Assembly: GCA_008690995.1 (NCBI GenBank)
Contig: VRMN01000004.1
Span: forward strand, 806,001-870,000
Origin: Porphyridium purpureum
Taxonomy: Eukaryota
Direction of reading: 5' to 3'
DNA length: 64,000 nt
The notes beneath the pieces are model-generated. The model was given only the letters and a program-made list of their open reading frames with translations. It had not been told where the DNA came from and made no database searches. The position numbers and the translations under genes are program-made. Positions 53,201 through 64,000 of the stretch are shown here, one piece after another (positions within the stretch are counted from its first letter, which is position 1; every line of letters starts with the position of its first letter).

Positions 53201-54729
53201 TCAACCGGACGATCCTTGAACTCTTGCATTTTACGTATTGTCTCCTCCACGTGTGCACGTGCCAGCCTATGGCGGGCGCCTCTTGCGGACCTTTCCGTGC
53301 CACGCTGGTCATATGCTTCTTGAGCAGATACCCATGCAGGTGGCTGGTTCGTGCCGAATTCGCAATTTAGACGCGTGATTTGGAATGCGTCTGCCCCGTA
53401 CATCTGCATGATATGTTTCACGTCCCGTATAACCAGAGAGGTTGCGTCACGATATGCGATTTCGGTTGTGAAGCCTTCTGGTCGGTATCTTTTTAGATTG
53501 CGCCCGAAAGGGATTCGTGTTTGTTGGATCGCAATACCTGGAATAAAAATCTTCTGCCGATGAAGGGCCGTGCTGATGTTGGCACTGAAAAGAGCTCTAC
53601 ATGCCTCTGTGATGTTTTCCGCGCTCTCTCTGTCGATGCGTGCGCGGTCCGTGTTCGCTGCCGGAATCGTTGCTCGCCCACCCTGTGCGTGGACTTCTAT
53701 CTGGCTCGTTGTCCGACCAACTTCTCTGTAATGTAAAACGACGGCAAGTATTTGCTGCATCGTTTTGAACAAGGTATTATGTACATTACGTGAGATGAAA
53801 CCACTTGACTGGCGCAGACACTGCTCTATCTCGATACGAAATTTCGTGAGCTCAAGCTCAAGAAAGCTTAGATCTGCATTCCCGCAGATTTGTTCTGTAT
53901 CAGCCGCAGTCATATTTGCAGCAAAATTACCTTGACGAGCACTATCAGGAATACTTTCTGTCCACGCCAGCTCTATCTCCCGGCAGAAATTGTCTGCGCT
54001 CTGCCTTCGAAGAACATGACGCTCCGCATAAGTCGTTGCATCCGGCACCGAGGCAAGTGCTCGTTCAAACTCCGTCGTCCGCTGATTCGCAATGGCGTTA
54101 AATAAGCGTATGTCGTCGCTCATTGCTTCTTCAGGTGCCTGAAATTCGTCTTCAGATTCGGGCAGCTCGGGCAAGTAATCCTCTTCGTCAGAATTAGGAC
54201 GGGAATTTTCTTGTGGATACTCGAATATTTCCATTGTGTCGTCAGATCGTGCAGCGAAAGTGTTGTCTGCATCCATTGTTCTTCGTTCGTTTGTACTACC
54301 AATTCGAGCTACCGGTCCGGTCATACAACTTGGACCATGCCCTGTTCTCTGTTGGAATGTATCTGCGTCCCGTAGAAGCGCACTACGGGCGCCTGATAAG
54401 GGTGCTGGAGCGGAGCCATCGTCTGATAGTGTAGCTTCATGGGGGCATAGACCAGATTCGTGCCGTTCCGCCACAATAGATTCATATGGCCCATCGTGTG
54501 AACCCCTTATTCCGCAATGTACACAAGCGACACGCTGTGGTTCCGTGACCAACGCAAGCGCTGCTTCACCCGACCGTGATGTCGAGCTGGGTGCTGGCAG
54601 CGCTGAATGTACGTCGCCGCGTCTTGACCGTCCCGCTTCATGTACGTCTCTTGTATGTTGAGCATATTTTCGGTACCTCTGGGGCCGCTTTTCTTTCGAG
54701 TGCTTGTGCGTGTACTTGGTTTTCGGCAT
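50209..54729 (-). CDS. Plavaka-type (EnSpm/CACTA-related) DNA transposase, 1506 aa
   Basis: IIPVAIYADG, GMDMP..PCQQC, CADAMH, PKYHAILH..LLG..GES, and C-terminal BAH-like SPTYMGRPRYDF..FGELVLL. The order matches Plavaka/EnSpm transposases. Confidence 0.7.
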   Translation of the reverse strand: MPKTKYTHKHSKEKRPQRYRKYAQHTRDVHEAGRSRRGDVHSALPAPSSTSRSGEAALALVTEPQRVACVHCGIRGSHDGPYESIVAERHESGLCPHEATLSDDGSAPAPLSGARSALLRDADTFQQRTGHGPSCMTGPVARIGSTNERRTMDADNTFAARSDDTMEIFEYPQENSRPNSDEEDYLPELPESEDEFQAPEEAMSDDIRLFNAIANQRTTEFERALASVPDATTYAERHVLRRQSADNFCREIELAWTESIPDSARQGNFAANMTAADTEQICGNADLSFLELELTKFRIEIEQCLRQSSGFISRNVHNTLFKTMQQILAVVLHYREVGRTTSQIEVHAQGGRATIPAANTDRARIDRESAENITEACRALFSANISTALHRQKIFIPGIAIQQTRIPFGRNLKRYRPEGFTTEIAYRDATSLVIRDVKHIMQMYGADAFQITRLNCEFGTNQPPAWVSAQEAYDQRGTERSARGARHRLARAHVEETIRKMQEFKDRPVEDFLHDFAGTDSAVAGQMQGPGMQTAGANESVANSPFEGSAPAESESFRHAQDAWYLRHVYSRVLEHSYFRDERNPPPLIIPVAIYADGAHMHKNALHELTPISISIIHRMKFEHNGDHRLPMTVACMPDGTLNEWQTLDSIRMQSSTQARATGRDMPQNVMKEFRKSMYHSIFAFLFGDWLRGAWHAGMPFFFELSAHGKRWTCIPTIYNLGMDMPMVARLSFTRLSRPKDQKMPCQQCEAAGGGQREQRQEARPVENQSSQQLQELERAHDRRDRPDLAGQTICRKRPRNSDQDYWTLYNGLNGLRSGFRFEAETIHAIEVNDIAALDEMSVDRPGSPLFKGLDAFHPWGIFLFTCADAMHAFKKLLFRDSVTVGLEMLLLCHKAKQVGPACEQEEEHDWSDDSLIHASSAQTSRVRAVSVRQAENTARNRSEKVTHSMLDSAAGRWIKIEAVRMQQDLTTRGHNQFQIPMRAVLVTDEVGKIVENKYSLSILLRVLVILASGHTRCSMDGRVLSGWIGVCVASLGAYRYLYLKCPGKMDMYNAEFFLSRVSKCMNSIRQEGPQFARAVGDRPKYHAILHLATMVQLLGRQRLFDVCGGESLMKYLRRIFDRLPARNLNVRRDLAHKTILQTCETDEAFSYAISLLERRKEKTGNGLRGECTGEPSSSAQQANNTGCTPSVREHYVFFLTGDIRTVLDKTQRRTNAASNTLTSHLSLDVEGVFSYVTSNFDTRPDGCFIQSLSRGTICTRDRVAFASDILDALQHASPRVHLGVRDFLERSRRAPIMLTQAFVLRKFKEGCRTQVMDQIAPLLDADANNQAAGYEEDVSAGRTEALHDIFVCSPTYMGRPRYDFIQYVSENGSNDTPRFGELVLLANLSGTRGVAFICPLETESFCRERNAGAVCPCQQIAQVFIHSKRRTRAHEINREHTLHDACNDYGIDSQKRRFLICISVESIIQKVTAFMDVSQSHTCLPLEQKYYIVSPNLCEGVETYA

Positions 54730-55349
54730 CCTCGGCGATATATCGTGCGACGTTCTTCAGGAAGAAGGCCCTCTCTTTCCGTTGCCTTCACGCGCGTTAG
54801 ATGGCACTTGATTGGACTGTCAGATCGACTGGCGTGCACCGGGTTTCTCTGTTAGAAACGGTGGGTGACGCAAGCGCACACTCCACGTGCGCAGAGTCCC
54901 TGTATTCTAGCGTGTTTGAACGCACTTTCGCACACACGCAGACTCGCCCACGTGCATTCTAAGAAGCAACACCGCGCTGCTGTGTACTAAACATGCTCTC
55001 GTAGTCATGTCTGCAAGAGAAAAATCGAAACAAGGTTTGATGGAAGCGAAGAGGGCAGCGATTCATTTTCACAGATAGTGTCGGACGCACAGGTGGGTTC
55101 TAATTTGCGACAAGAGGCAGATCGAATACGAATTGTGCAGCGTGAAGTACTTAAGAAGTAGGAAGTCTCACGTCATGCCGACGCCGAGAGACAGCTGGTC
55201 CTCAGGCAAAAGAAGAGAGCTGCTTCGGCATGAAGGCCGCTGAAACAGCATCAATCACTGAGTTTTGCGTTGCGAAACAAGCCAAAAGCCAGACCCGTGA
55301 CAGAGAGACACAAACTAATATCACTGCAAGCACAGCCCGGCGCGAAACC

Positions 55350-58300
55350 CATTACTTGATTAGCCATTCTCAGGTTATGCAAACTGGAACTCGACGCGAC
55401 CTTCACGGTCAGGAACCTTGTCGACTGACACTATCACGTCAACCGTCTGCATGACATTGATTCACTACCCTGCTCTTACTGAACCGAATGGCCACCGTGC
55501 GCGAGACGTTGCGTGCGCTTCTCATCCAAGTACAGAATTCCCTCCAGTCTGGCTGTGGAGATCAAATCTACCAGGCTATTCTCTGCACGCGCACAGTGCG
55601 CGCTTGCTGTCGCATCGCCTTGTGCCGAAAGAACATCAGCGTGTGCAAGTGGACTGATTTACGCGGTGCATATTGTGCGCTGCGGTTAAGCTCATTCATC
55701 ACATTGGAAAACCCCTTAATGAGCTTCGAATCGTACAGCACCTCTGGTAACGCCGAGTAGCCGATGCATGCCTGCAGTTGTCGATGGACAATCACATCCG
55801 CGTAGCGCCGAATCGGTGAGGTGAAATGTGTGCACACAGGTGCTGCAAGGCCATAGTGCAAGTAGTCCGAATATCCTAGCTCGCCAGAACTGAAGTAGAC
55901 CGCTTGTGACATGCGCCATGTGGTCAACATGCGGAGAAGCGTCGAGAGGTACGGATCCTTCTTTCCAAACGCGAGCTCGACGCGATTCAGCGATTCATTC
56001 AGTGTTTTGTTGCTAGACACGTCCAACTCGATGCCGTAAGCCGCCGCCGTTTTCAGCAGCGGCTCAAACATCTCATCTGTCGGTTTCGGGTGGTGTCGCA
56101 GCAGGCTGCATTTCGGGAAATGCTTCAGAATCTTTTCCGCCACCTAAATGTTTGAAAGCAACATAAACTCCTCGACCATCTTATTTGTCTCGCGGATTTG
56201 GTAGAACTTCACATCAGTCACATCGTTTGTCTCAGCCTCTAACTCAAAAGAGACTTCAGGCGACGCCAACGACAGAGCTCCGGCGTCGGTGCGTCTTTGC
56301 CGAAGTTTCTCAGCGAGCGACGCGAGCCCCAACAGAGAATTTCCCAACTCGTCAGCGTGATCACGTTTAGACCGAATTCCATCGAGCATGTTCTGTGCCT
56401 GTTCGTACGTCATTGCGCGCCGTGATTTGATCGCAGAGCGCCCAAACTCGGCTGATAACACGTTGGCGTCCTTGTCCATCACCAAAATCACCGAGAAGGC
56501 GAGCCGCTCCACTCCTCCAACAAGAGAACATAAGTTGGATGTTAGCATTGCGGGCAGCATTTCGAAGCGTCGGCCAACGAGGTAAACCGTGGTCCCGCGC
56601 TCAGCGGCTTCCATATCTAGAGCGCTTCCGTGCTGCACAAACGCAGTGACATCGGCGATGTGGATCCCCACTTCATATCCCTCGCCATCAGGCAAACTGA
56701 CGCAATGCAGAGCGTCGTCAATGTCAGTACATCCCGGCGGGTCCACACTGGCGATGGGTTTGCATTTTAAATCCCAGCGTTTGTGGATGTGCTCCTCCGA
56801 CACCGCCCAGTTTTCTCCGTCAGGCAAGCAGTCCAGTGCGGCCTTGCTGAACTTGCGGTGCGGTACGCTACTCTCTATGAGAATTACTTCAGTTTCCGCA
56901 TTCTTATCGCCACTGCTGCCAATCTCCTGCACCACATGACCTGAAGGATTTGCGCTAAACCGGCTCCAACTATCGACAGCAACAATCAATCGCTTTTCGA
57001 AAAGATTTCGGATTCTCGCCGACAGAACACGAACCAAAGGAATCTTTCGATCCGCCGGAACAAAAAGAGCGTTGCCTCCTCCGGAATGCGAAGATTGTTG
57101 CAGCGAACCACTACATGACTGCCACTTTCGCTGGCTGACTCGTACCACGCGGCCCGATGGCGTGGCATCCTTGCGAACTTGATCATGCGAGATGCCGTTC
57201 GTATCGCCATCGTCACCTTCCTTGTCCTGTGCTGCCTCCTGCTCCACAATACGATCAGAAACCGTTTTCCACTCGCTGCGATCAAGCAGCTCGATTACCA
57301 CGCGGTCGCCGTCAAATGCGCGGTTGTGACTGCTTTTTCCAATGAGCATGATGGTGGTCCGGTCATCAGGATTTGACTTCTTATGGAGTGCGATCGACAC
57401 AGACGCCTCAAGGAGGTTATAAGGACTAGAACGAAACGTGCCTTCCACATAGCGGCCCGACTGAAGCCCTTCTAAGGCTACAAGTTCCGAGATGTGCTCT
57501 GCGGAATGCGTACGGCGTTTCTTGGATAATAGCTCCCCATCGTCGAGCTCGCCGCCTTCCTCCTCAAGGGCCTCATTATCCTCTGCGTTCCCTACTGCGC
57601 ACAGCTCGACCAATCGCGAGTACTGCTTTGAGTACTTTTCTACCAGGGTGCGTATCGACATGACCGTCACGTCGCCGCCATACTTGACCGGAGCTTCACG
57701 CTCAAACGCCACACTATTCGTTAGGATTATCGGGATGAGGCCGATGGGTTGCCAATGCGTTCGGAGAAACTTGACGGTCTCTGTGAGCCGTCTACGGTCA
57801 TATTCAATGTCAGACTCGTGCGGGAGTCGATCCAAGTAAGTATGGACGTGATGCTCGTTCGAGAAGAGCGCAAACTGCTTCCTCTTCCTTTCTACAGCTT
57901 GAGCTTTCGTTTTAGAGCGGCGGAACCAGACCAGCCGATCTCCTCGTCCGACAGGGCCGTGCTCTGTTCGCCCGTTGTCAAATCACGTGCACGCACCCAC
58001 ATCTTGGCCGAGCGCGTCAGAACCGCGCTAAGCACGCTCTGGAGAAGGAGCAGTTCGTCCATGAGCGGCGACACATCGCTCTCAAGTAAATCCATTTGGT
58101 ACAAGAGTACCAACGCGTCTGGAACAAAGCACACGGCCACCGACGCCGAGATGCGACCCAACGCAGCGCCGTACTCCGGCAGCGTTGCGCATGCGTCGCA
58201 CGCGCTCGCGTGACATGGTAAATCGTCGCGCAAACACATCTGTCTCCATTCCATACAGACCCTATTGGGCCGATTTCTCCGCGCGTACAGGCGTGCACGA
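55350..58300 (-). pseudogene. Dis3/Rrp44-family exoribonuclease pseudogene
   Basis: CR3 LRDDLPC..C..C, PIN, FSNEHH, NRAFDGD, RNB SVDPPGCTDIDDALH and HYGLA..THFTSPIRRYAD. Disrupted by a frameshift at ~57.9 kb, an in-frame TAG at 56144-56146 and a frameshift at ~55578. Ends are approximate. Confidence 0.88.
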
Positions 58301-58502
58301 ACCTCAACAGTCCATAGTGACTCGATCGCTCGCGCGTCCTGTCTGTCACCTAGTCTGAGACGGCATTCGCGCCATAAACCACACGAATATCGGCAGCAGT
58401 GTGCAAAGCAGCGTGACATCTTCACTATTGCGTCATACAGCAAGTGTGCATGATGGCGCGCACGGCAAGCACAACACTCGAAAGCTGTGTTTCTTCTTGT
58501 TT

Positions 58503-58540
58503 GTGACTAGAGGCGACCAAGCAGTGACTAGAGGCGACCG
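58503..58540. repeat. Short tandem duplication (GTGACTAGAGGCGACC x2)
   Basis: Two copies 21 bp apart. Confidence 0.85.
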
Positions 58541-59209
58541 AGCAGTGACGCGACTGCGCTACAATCACACACTGCGTGATCTTTAGCACGGTCGCACCAG
58601 AAATCGAGTCGCTGGACGACACGTTTGGCACGTTGGACATCGACTGCGTTAGCCACTTGGCGTTTTTGCTGCGGTGATGCGCCAAAGTACGATTCCACCA
58701 GGGCGTGCGCGCGATGAGTATATGTTGTACCAACATACAGAATGCGGTCTCTTTGCGCGTGCCCTATGAGTTTGTCATGAAGGTGATCGCAATGCGCCAT
58801 CCGTCACTGTTGGACGTACTGCAATTCAATTACGAAACTGCGCACTCTCGCCACATGCAGCCAAGTCGCGTTACTTGTGTATTGAACGCGGCAGTAGCTC
58901 AGCTCACGCTCCCCGTGCCATGAACCTGCACCGCAATGTGCCACAAGCGTGTGGACGCGCGGGCAGAGGCAAATTTGACATTTGTGCCACCGAGCGGGCA
59001 GGAAGTAGGAGACAAGACGTGCCGTCTTCCGTGCACTGACTGCGTGAACGCATGTGGTATTGATTCTGGCGGAATAAGTCAGCAAAACTTTGATTCACCA
59101 TGCGATTGAGTCTTCGCACACTGTCGAGCTGGTTTGAATCGGTGAGTCTTGATGCCCTGCGCCTGAGGTTCGACATCATTTTGCGGCACGCTCCTTTGGT
59201 GGAGACACC

Positions 59210-59500
59210 GTGTTCACGATCAACGACGCGGCGATTGCAACACTCGAAGGCGGCGTGGTCCTAGAAAACACGAACCGAGTTGGATTCATGGATGCAGTTG
59301 CTGTAGTGCGAGACTTCAAGTCTGGCAAAATCGGTGCAATTGGCGTGGACGAGTTTGAGTGCAATGGCCACGTACTGCTGCGTGACCACGTTTTGCATGG
59401 TGTACTAAACAAGATCACGTGTCGCCTGCTGGCCTATTCGCGAGCCATAATTTCGCCGCAATTGGCCAGCTTTATCGTGCAGAGTATAGGCTTTGCTTGC
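59210..59500 (+). pseudogene. Decayed D-lactate / D-2-hydroxyacid dehydrogenase fragment
   Basis: VLENTNRVGFMD..KSGKIGAIGVDEFE..RLLAYSRAIISPQLA resembles INTSRG.LID..KIG.LG.DVYE..NV..T.H.A. The catalytic His appears as Gln. Faint upstream remnants to ~58.6 kb. Confidence 0.65.
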
Positions 59501-59743
59501 AAGGGCGTGCTCACACCAGTGGAACAATTCGAGCTCGGCAAACGCGTCGAAGCTTACCTGGGCACGTATCCGTCGGACACGGAGCGCTCCTCGCATTGTT
59601 TTTGTCAACGGAGAAGTCCAATGCTGCAAGCAATGGTTGCGCCTTTGCCGGACGTCCGCAGCAACCCGTTGACCCTATGCAATTGCAAAGTGCTTTTGTG
59701 CACTAGCAATTTAACTTGCAGGAACGGTATTCACTTGCCCCTT

Positions 59744-62020
59744 TCATGATTCTGTTGGCGGGTAATCGCGTACACTATCGTACCACGCTTTCTGCAACGC
59801 ACTCAGAGCGTCTTCTTCCTGCCTCTTCTTAACGTGCATAGGCTGATCACTGTTCGGTTCTGTCGACCCATCTGCATTGTCCTCGAGTCCTGCATGGTTT
59901 GGGCGGACTCGTTTGCGGACATTTTGAATCGCTAAGCACAATCGACGCTTGACTTCTGTCAAGTCTGCCACGTGCTGCAACTCTTTCACGACGTGACCGT
60001 TTTCTTCAATTGGAATACCGTGCACTCGTAGCTGCTGAAGCAGCTCCCTGCGTTGCTTTCTAATCTGTATCTTTAGGGCTGTATACCCGTGAGTTCCATC
60101 GCATTTAACGCTGGCGTCTGTCCAGCTTATGCGATGGTTCCACGGAGGCTTGTCGGTCTTCCATTCCCACGACAAAATGTCTTCAGGGTTAGACGTGTCA
60201 CTTTCGTGCTCCATTGCGCTCTTTCGAACCGTCACAATGAAAATACTGCGTAGCTGTGCCATGGCTAAAACTTCCAGGTTCACTCCAATCGTGCGCATGG
60301 ACATCTGCGCCGGATTGTCTGGTTCAAACAGCATACGCTCCATGACTGGCACACTCCACATGTACGGCTGCCCTGTCGAACCAAATGCACCGCGCTCTCC
60401 TGCATGTCCGATCATCGGCAAGTCGTCGCAATTACGCAGAAACGCATTGTAGATACGGTCCACATGAAAGCCTGTGAAGTCTTCGGCAATAAGATGAGTC
60501 ATGGCACTGTATATCACGTAAAATATGTCCAAGATAGTCTGGATACGGACGCAGTAGTCAGATGGGCTCTCCTCATACGCTCTATCCTGGCGTCGTACTT
60601 CCAAGCCTGCTGTGGTTACATGCCGCACATTTGCAGAAGATGACTGCTCAACCGTGGCACTTGTTTGTAATGCGCTATCGTATTCGACTTCCGACGCGGA
60701 TGATTCTTGTGCCGCGACCACCGTGACTCCTGCTCCGCGCGTGATCATACTGCCACTTTGTGACGCTCCGTCGCCTGATCTCTCTATCCCGCCAATCACG
60801 TGTTTCTGTCCGGCTTGAACCGCGCTTACTTGCTGATCGAGATATGTCGCCACATGCGCGCTTTTGATGGACAGTAGTGTTCTAACATGCGCTTGCCACT
60901 GGAGCGAATTGGGAAAGAGTGCGAGGCGCAAAGTGCCTGCCAGCACAATCTGTCGCAACGCGGGAATACCGTCGATTTTTGGAACGTGCAATTCTTCATC
61001 ACCCCAAACCTCGCGGGCTGCCAACACCATTCCTCGGCGAATCCTTGTCAATGCCACGCACCGCGCTCCATTATAACTTGCGTGCAAGGCGTTTGAAAGC
61101 TGTACATCACGAGCCATGGTCTCTGAATGTAGAGATGGTAAAATAGCGGCCGGTACTCCTTGAAAAGCAAATCCAAGACCATGCGCGTGATCGGACCGCT
61201 CTTGTGGCTCTTCCATCCGCCAAGCAGTGGAACTTCTAATCCGCGACACTTCTGAATCAAGTTTTCGCGTCAGCGCATCGGGAGACAAATTCTCCACTGT
61301 ATACGATTGATTCAATGTCCCGCGACCATCGACTACTACAATGGCACGCTCTATTGCATGCCAATCGTGGACAAGACTTGCTTGGAGCAAATGGTTGAGG
61401 TTGCCTTTGTCGATACCGCCTTCAAACAGAAGGTCTGTGCAGGTTCCTCGGGCCGGTACAATGCCACGACGCACAAGACCTCGAACGGTAGCGAATGACT
61501 TGAGTCCCCGCTTCGAACGTCCTACTACGTCATTCGAGCGCTTCACGTACTTGGTACGGCAAGTTTGCAATTGGACACAGACAGCAGCACTTGAATGCTT
61601 GTCATCTTCAATGTCTTGTTCATCGGCCTGCTCGGAACCGGCGCACTCACGCACTCGCTCTTCGGCCCTGGTATCCTCGATAGCCCGGGTTTCAGCCTCT
61701 GGATTCCGTACACTTCGAGTTTCGGCAACGGACATTTCCGGAGCTCGCCGTGCGGCCGCTTGATGCTCCTCAGCTCTCTGCTGAGCTTCAGCAGGGGAGC
61801 AACTGTGCAGCGAGCCATCTGAATCTTCGATCTCGTCCTCGTTTCGTGTTTTGCGCTTGCGGTTTCGACCCATCTCTGACACCTTGTTTGAACGACGCAC
61901 TCCAGACCAACCCGCTTCATCATTCTTGGCTGGCAGAACCGAGGCAATTCGATTTTTTTTCGCATCATCGCTCTTGGGCAGACCAGCCGCAACGCGACGT
62001 GGATTGCGGCCTCTGCCCAT
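59744..62020 (-). CDS. Orphan 758-aa protein with NLS-like basic N-terminus
   Basis: Long uninterrupted ATG-initiated ORF with RNRKRKTR; no family recognised. Confidence 0.55.
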   Translation of the reverse strand: MGRGRNPRRVAAGLPKSDDAKKNRIASVLPAKNDEAGWSGVRRSNKVSEMGRNRKRKTRNEDEIEDSDGSLHSCSPAEAQQRAEEHQAAARRAPEMSVAETRSVRNPEAETRAIEDTRAEERVRECAGSEQADEQDIEDDKHSSAAVCVQLQTCRTKYVKRSNDVVGRSKRGLKSFATVRGLVRRGIVPARGTCTDLLFEGGIDKGNLNHLLQASLVHDWHAIERAIVVVDGRGTLNQSYTVENLSPDALTRKLDSEVSRIRSSTAWRMEEPQERSDHAHGLGFAFQGVPAAILPSLHSETMARDVQLSNALHASYNGARCVALTRIRRGMVLAAREVWGDEELHVPKIDGIPALRQIVLAGTLRLALFPNSLQWQAHVRTLLSIKSAHVATYLDQQVSAVQAGQKHVIGGIERSGDGASQSGSMITRGAGVTVVAAQESSASEVEYDSALQTSATVEQSSSANVRHVTTAGLEVRRQDRAYEESPSDYCVRIQTILDIFYVIYSAMTHLIAEDFTGFHVDRIYNAFLRNCDDLPMIGHAGERGAFGSTGQPYMWSVPVMERMLFEPDNPAQMSMRTIGVNLEVLAMAQLRSIFIVTVRKSAMEHESDTSNPEDILSWEWKTDKPPWNHRISWTDASVKCDGTHGYTALKIQIRKQRRELLQQLRVHGIPIEENGHVVKELQHVADLTEVKRRLCLAIQNVRKRVRPNHAGLEDNADGSTEPNSDQPMHVKKRQEEDALSALQKAWYDSVRDYPPTES

Positions 62021-64000
62021 CGTGGCTTCTCTCTGTACGACTCTTGATCTCTATATCCAGAATGCGTTTGCTTCAGCACAGAACTTGCACAAAGTCCGCC
62101 ACACTTTTGTTCTCGACTTGTTCTCTGCGCCCAGTTTGTACAGAACACATGGGGGTACAGGCAACTCGATTTGCACAATAAGCTTGCGCGCCAAATGTTT
62201 TCAAGTCGATGAGTCACTGGCGGACACACGACTAGGACATATCAAATTGCGTTCATTTTTTATGCTCACAAGCTGCTTTAGTGCTTTGCCGAAGAATACA
62301 TACAAATGAATTACATAACAATTGATTTTCACTGATCTCAATAGGAATGCAGATGAACGTGCCAAACGCGTGAGAAAGAGAATTATTTCCAATTACCTAT
62401 TCAAATGCCGTATCTTCGATATAAAGTGTGAATCACGCCGCGCAGGAAGTTGGGGAAAGGGTGGACGCGCAGAAAGAAGAAAGCTGAAAGGTGACGAAGG
62501 ATTTATGGGACGCCCGTGCGGACATATAAGGGTGAACAGCGACGCCCAACATGAGCGACTGGGTAGACTTTTCATGACGTGAAAAATATCAACAAAACAG
62601 AGACTTCAAAGGCACGGGATCGACTGCGCGTCTAAACTGACAGAAGCGAGAAGCTGGTGCCATGTTCTGCTTCATCCGGGGACTAAACGAATCACCGGCA
62701 TGCATCTGGATATCGATCACTCGCCTGGCGTTTCGCAAAGCATAACTTGTTTGAATCTGCGACACGTTTGCTCACCAGCATTACATGAGCGCTCGTATGA
62801 TATGGACCCTGTACTTTTTGCCATTTCCGTGGATTCATTTCATGAATCATTCAGCATAATCTCACCAGCTTGGAGCTAAAAGTGTTTTACGAACGTATCC
62901 CAAAGTGAAAGGTACACGACTCAATGTGATCCGGAAGCGACCCTGTGACTAAATTGTGCTAGCCTTGTTCGGTGGCTGAGGACAATACGCAAAGGGTTGC
63001 AAATAGAGTGGAGAAGCGTCTTTCTAGTATTCTTTCTTTGACCATCATGGATGCTACAGGCATTACTGAATCTGTACTGATTGCATTGTCTTGTTCAAGT
63101 ACAAAGCCTAGACGTTGTTACGTGAGAACTCACATCTGCTTCCAAACAGTACCGACAGTCCTGAATGCAAGAAAGAGGTATGGGCGGAATTAGTCTCCGT
63201 TGACGGGATGAATGTGTCAAAAGCCAGCACTTAGGATTCTGTTTTGTGTTGGTTGGGTCAAAAGAAATGATGTACAGGTACCAAAGTTCAGCCTGGATGC
63301 TGTCGATGTTGACGCTTCATGTTAGCGGAAATTGCAAGGGTTTTGTACACTTTGCACAATGGGCGACATCTTAACGCATTTCATGACGTGTGGTCGAATG
63401 ACTTTCCAGATGATGGCACCTGTTTTGTGGTCGGACTACCTTCTACTCAGATAGTTAGGACCGATAGAGAAGAAGGACATTAGCATGAAACAGGTACGTG
63501 TTTCCTGTTTTAGCATGCTTAGACTGTGGCGAATCTTGTGAAGGCACGATTACGCCGCGAAATGGGGCTTCACGAACTCGTACTGAACAAACAGGGAATC
63601 ACAGAAACTCGGCTTATGGGTTTGCATTTCTGAGCTCGAACATGAAGTGAACTTTACATTGCAAACAGTAACAAAAAGGCGTTTCGATACGATCCACGTG
63701 ATAATCAAGTGTCGGATTTTGTTCATGCCTAATGGTTCAAACGGGAAGAGGCTTTTGCATCCGAACAAGCACGGCCTTCGCAGGGATTTGCACAAGAGCC
63801 ACCCCATTGGGATCATCACTCGGGCTTTGTGAGTGAAGACCTGTGGCCTAATGTTTCAGGCTCTAAAAGAGCGCAGAACTCTATTAGATTGAGACTTCAA
63901 GCAATTCTGATCGGCGGAATTGTTGTGGTTTGGATCGTATTGCACATACAAGTATAAGGCACACGGAGAGAAATAGAGAGGCTCATGCGAGGGATATGCA

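Noticed and set aside
1..64000. CRISPR arrays, rRNA, tRNA and operon-type systems
   Set aside because: None seen. The sequence is eukaryotic, and small RNA genes cannot be excluded by eye.

Overview
Eukaryotic, apparently intron-free, very gene-dense DNA. The 'MAFV'-type plastid transit peptides, compactness and TE types suggest a unicellular red alga (Porphyridium-like); this is inference. Bases 1 to ~43.5 kb hold about 24 tightly packed genes: NudC/NUDT12-like (running off the left edge), fibrillin-like, OSBP, F-box, IST1, class-3 lipase, RAD51AP1-like, NDUFS4, Vps72, GT77, Rpn9, codanin-1-like, acid phosphatase, GT61-like, F1 delta, HisRS, a divergent eRF1-like protein, a CBS-less CLC, HBS1, SDA1, a secreted orphan, glyoxalase, a CH-domain/Toc34-like GTPase and METTL2/6. 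From ~43.5 kb the window becomes a mobile, decayed zone: a 5'-truncated Copia element with PPT and 3' LTR, an inverted-repeat-bounded ~390 bp element, a PWWP gene, an intact 1506-aa Plavaka-type transposase, Dis3 and D-LDH pseudogenes, and a 758-aa orphan. The best novelty candidates are the GGQ-less eRF1-like protein near HBS1, the Plavaka/PWWP/captured-gene block, the CH-Toc34 pseudo-GTPase, and two divergent genes whose first ATGs overlap on a CCATGG palindrome. All family calls come from motif recognition by eye, not database searches. Start codons are my best ATG choice.
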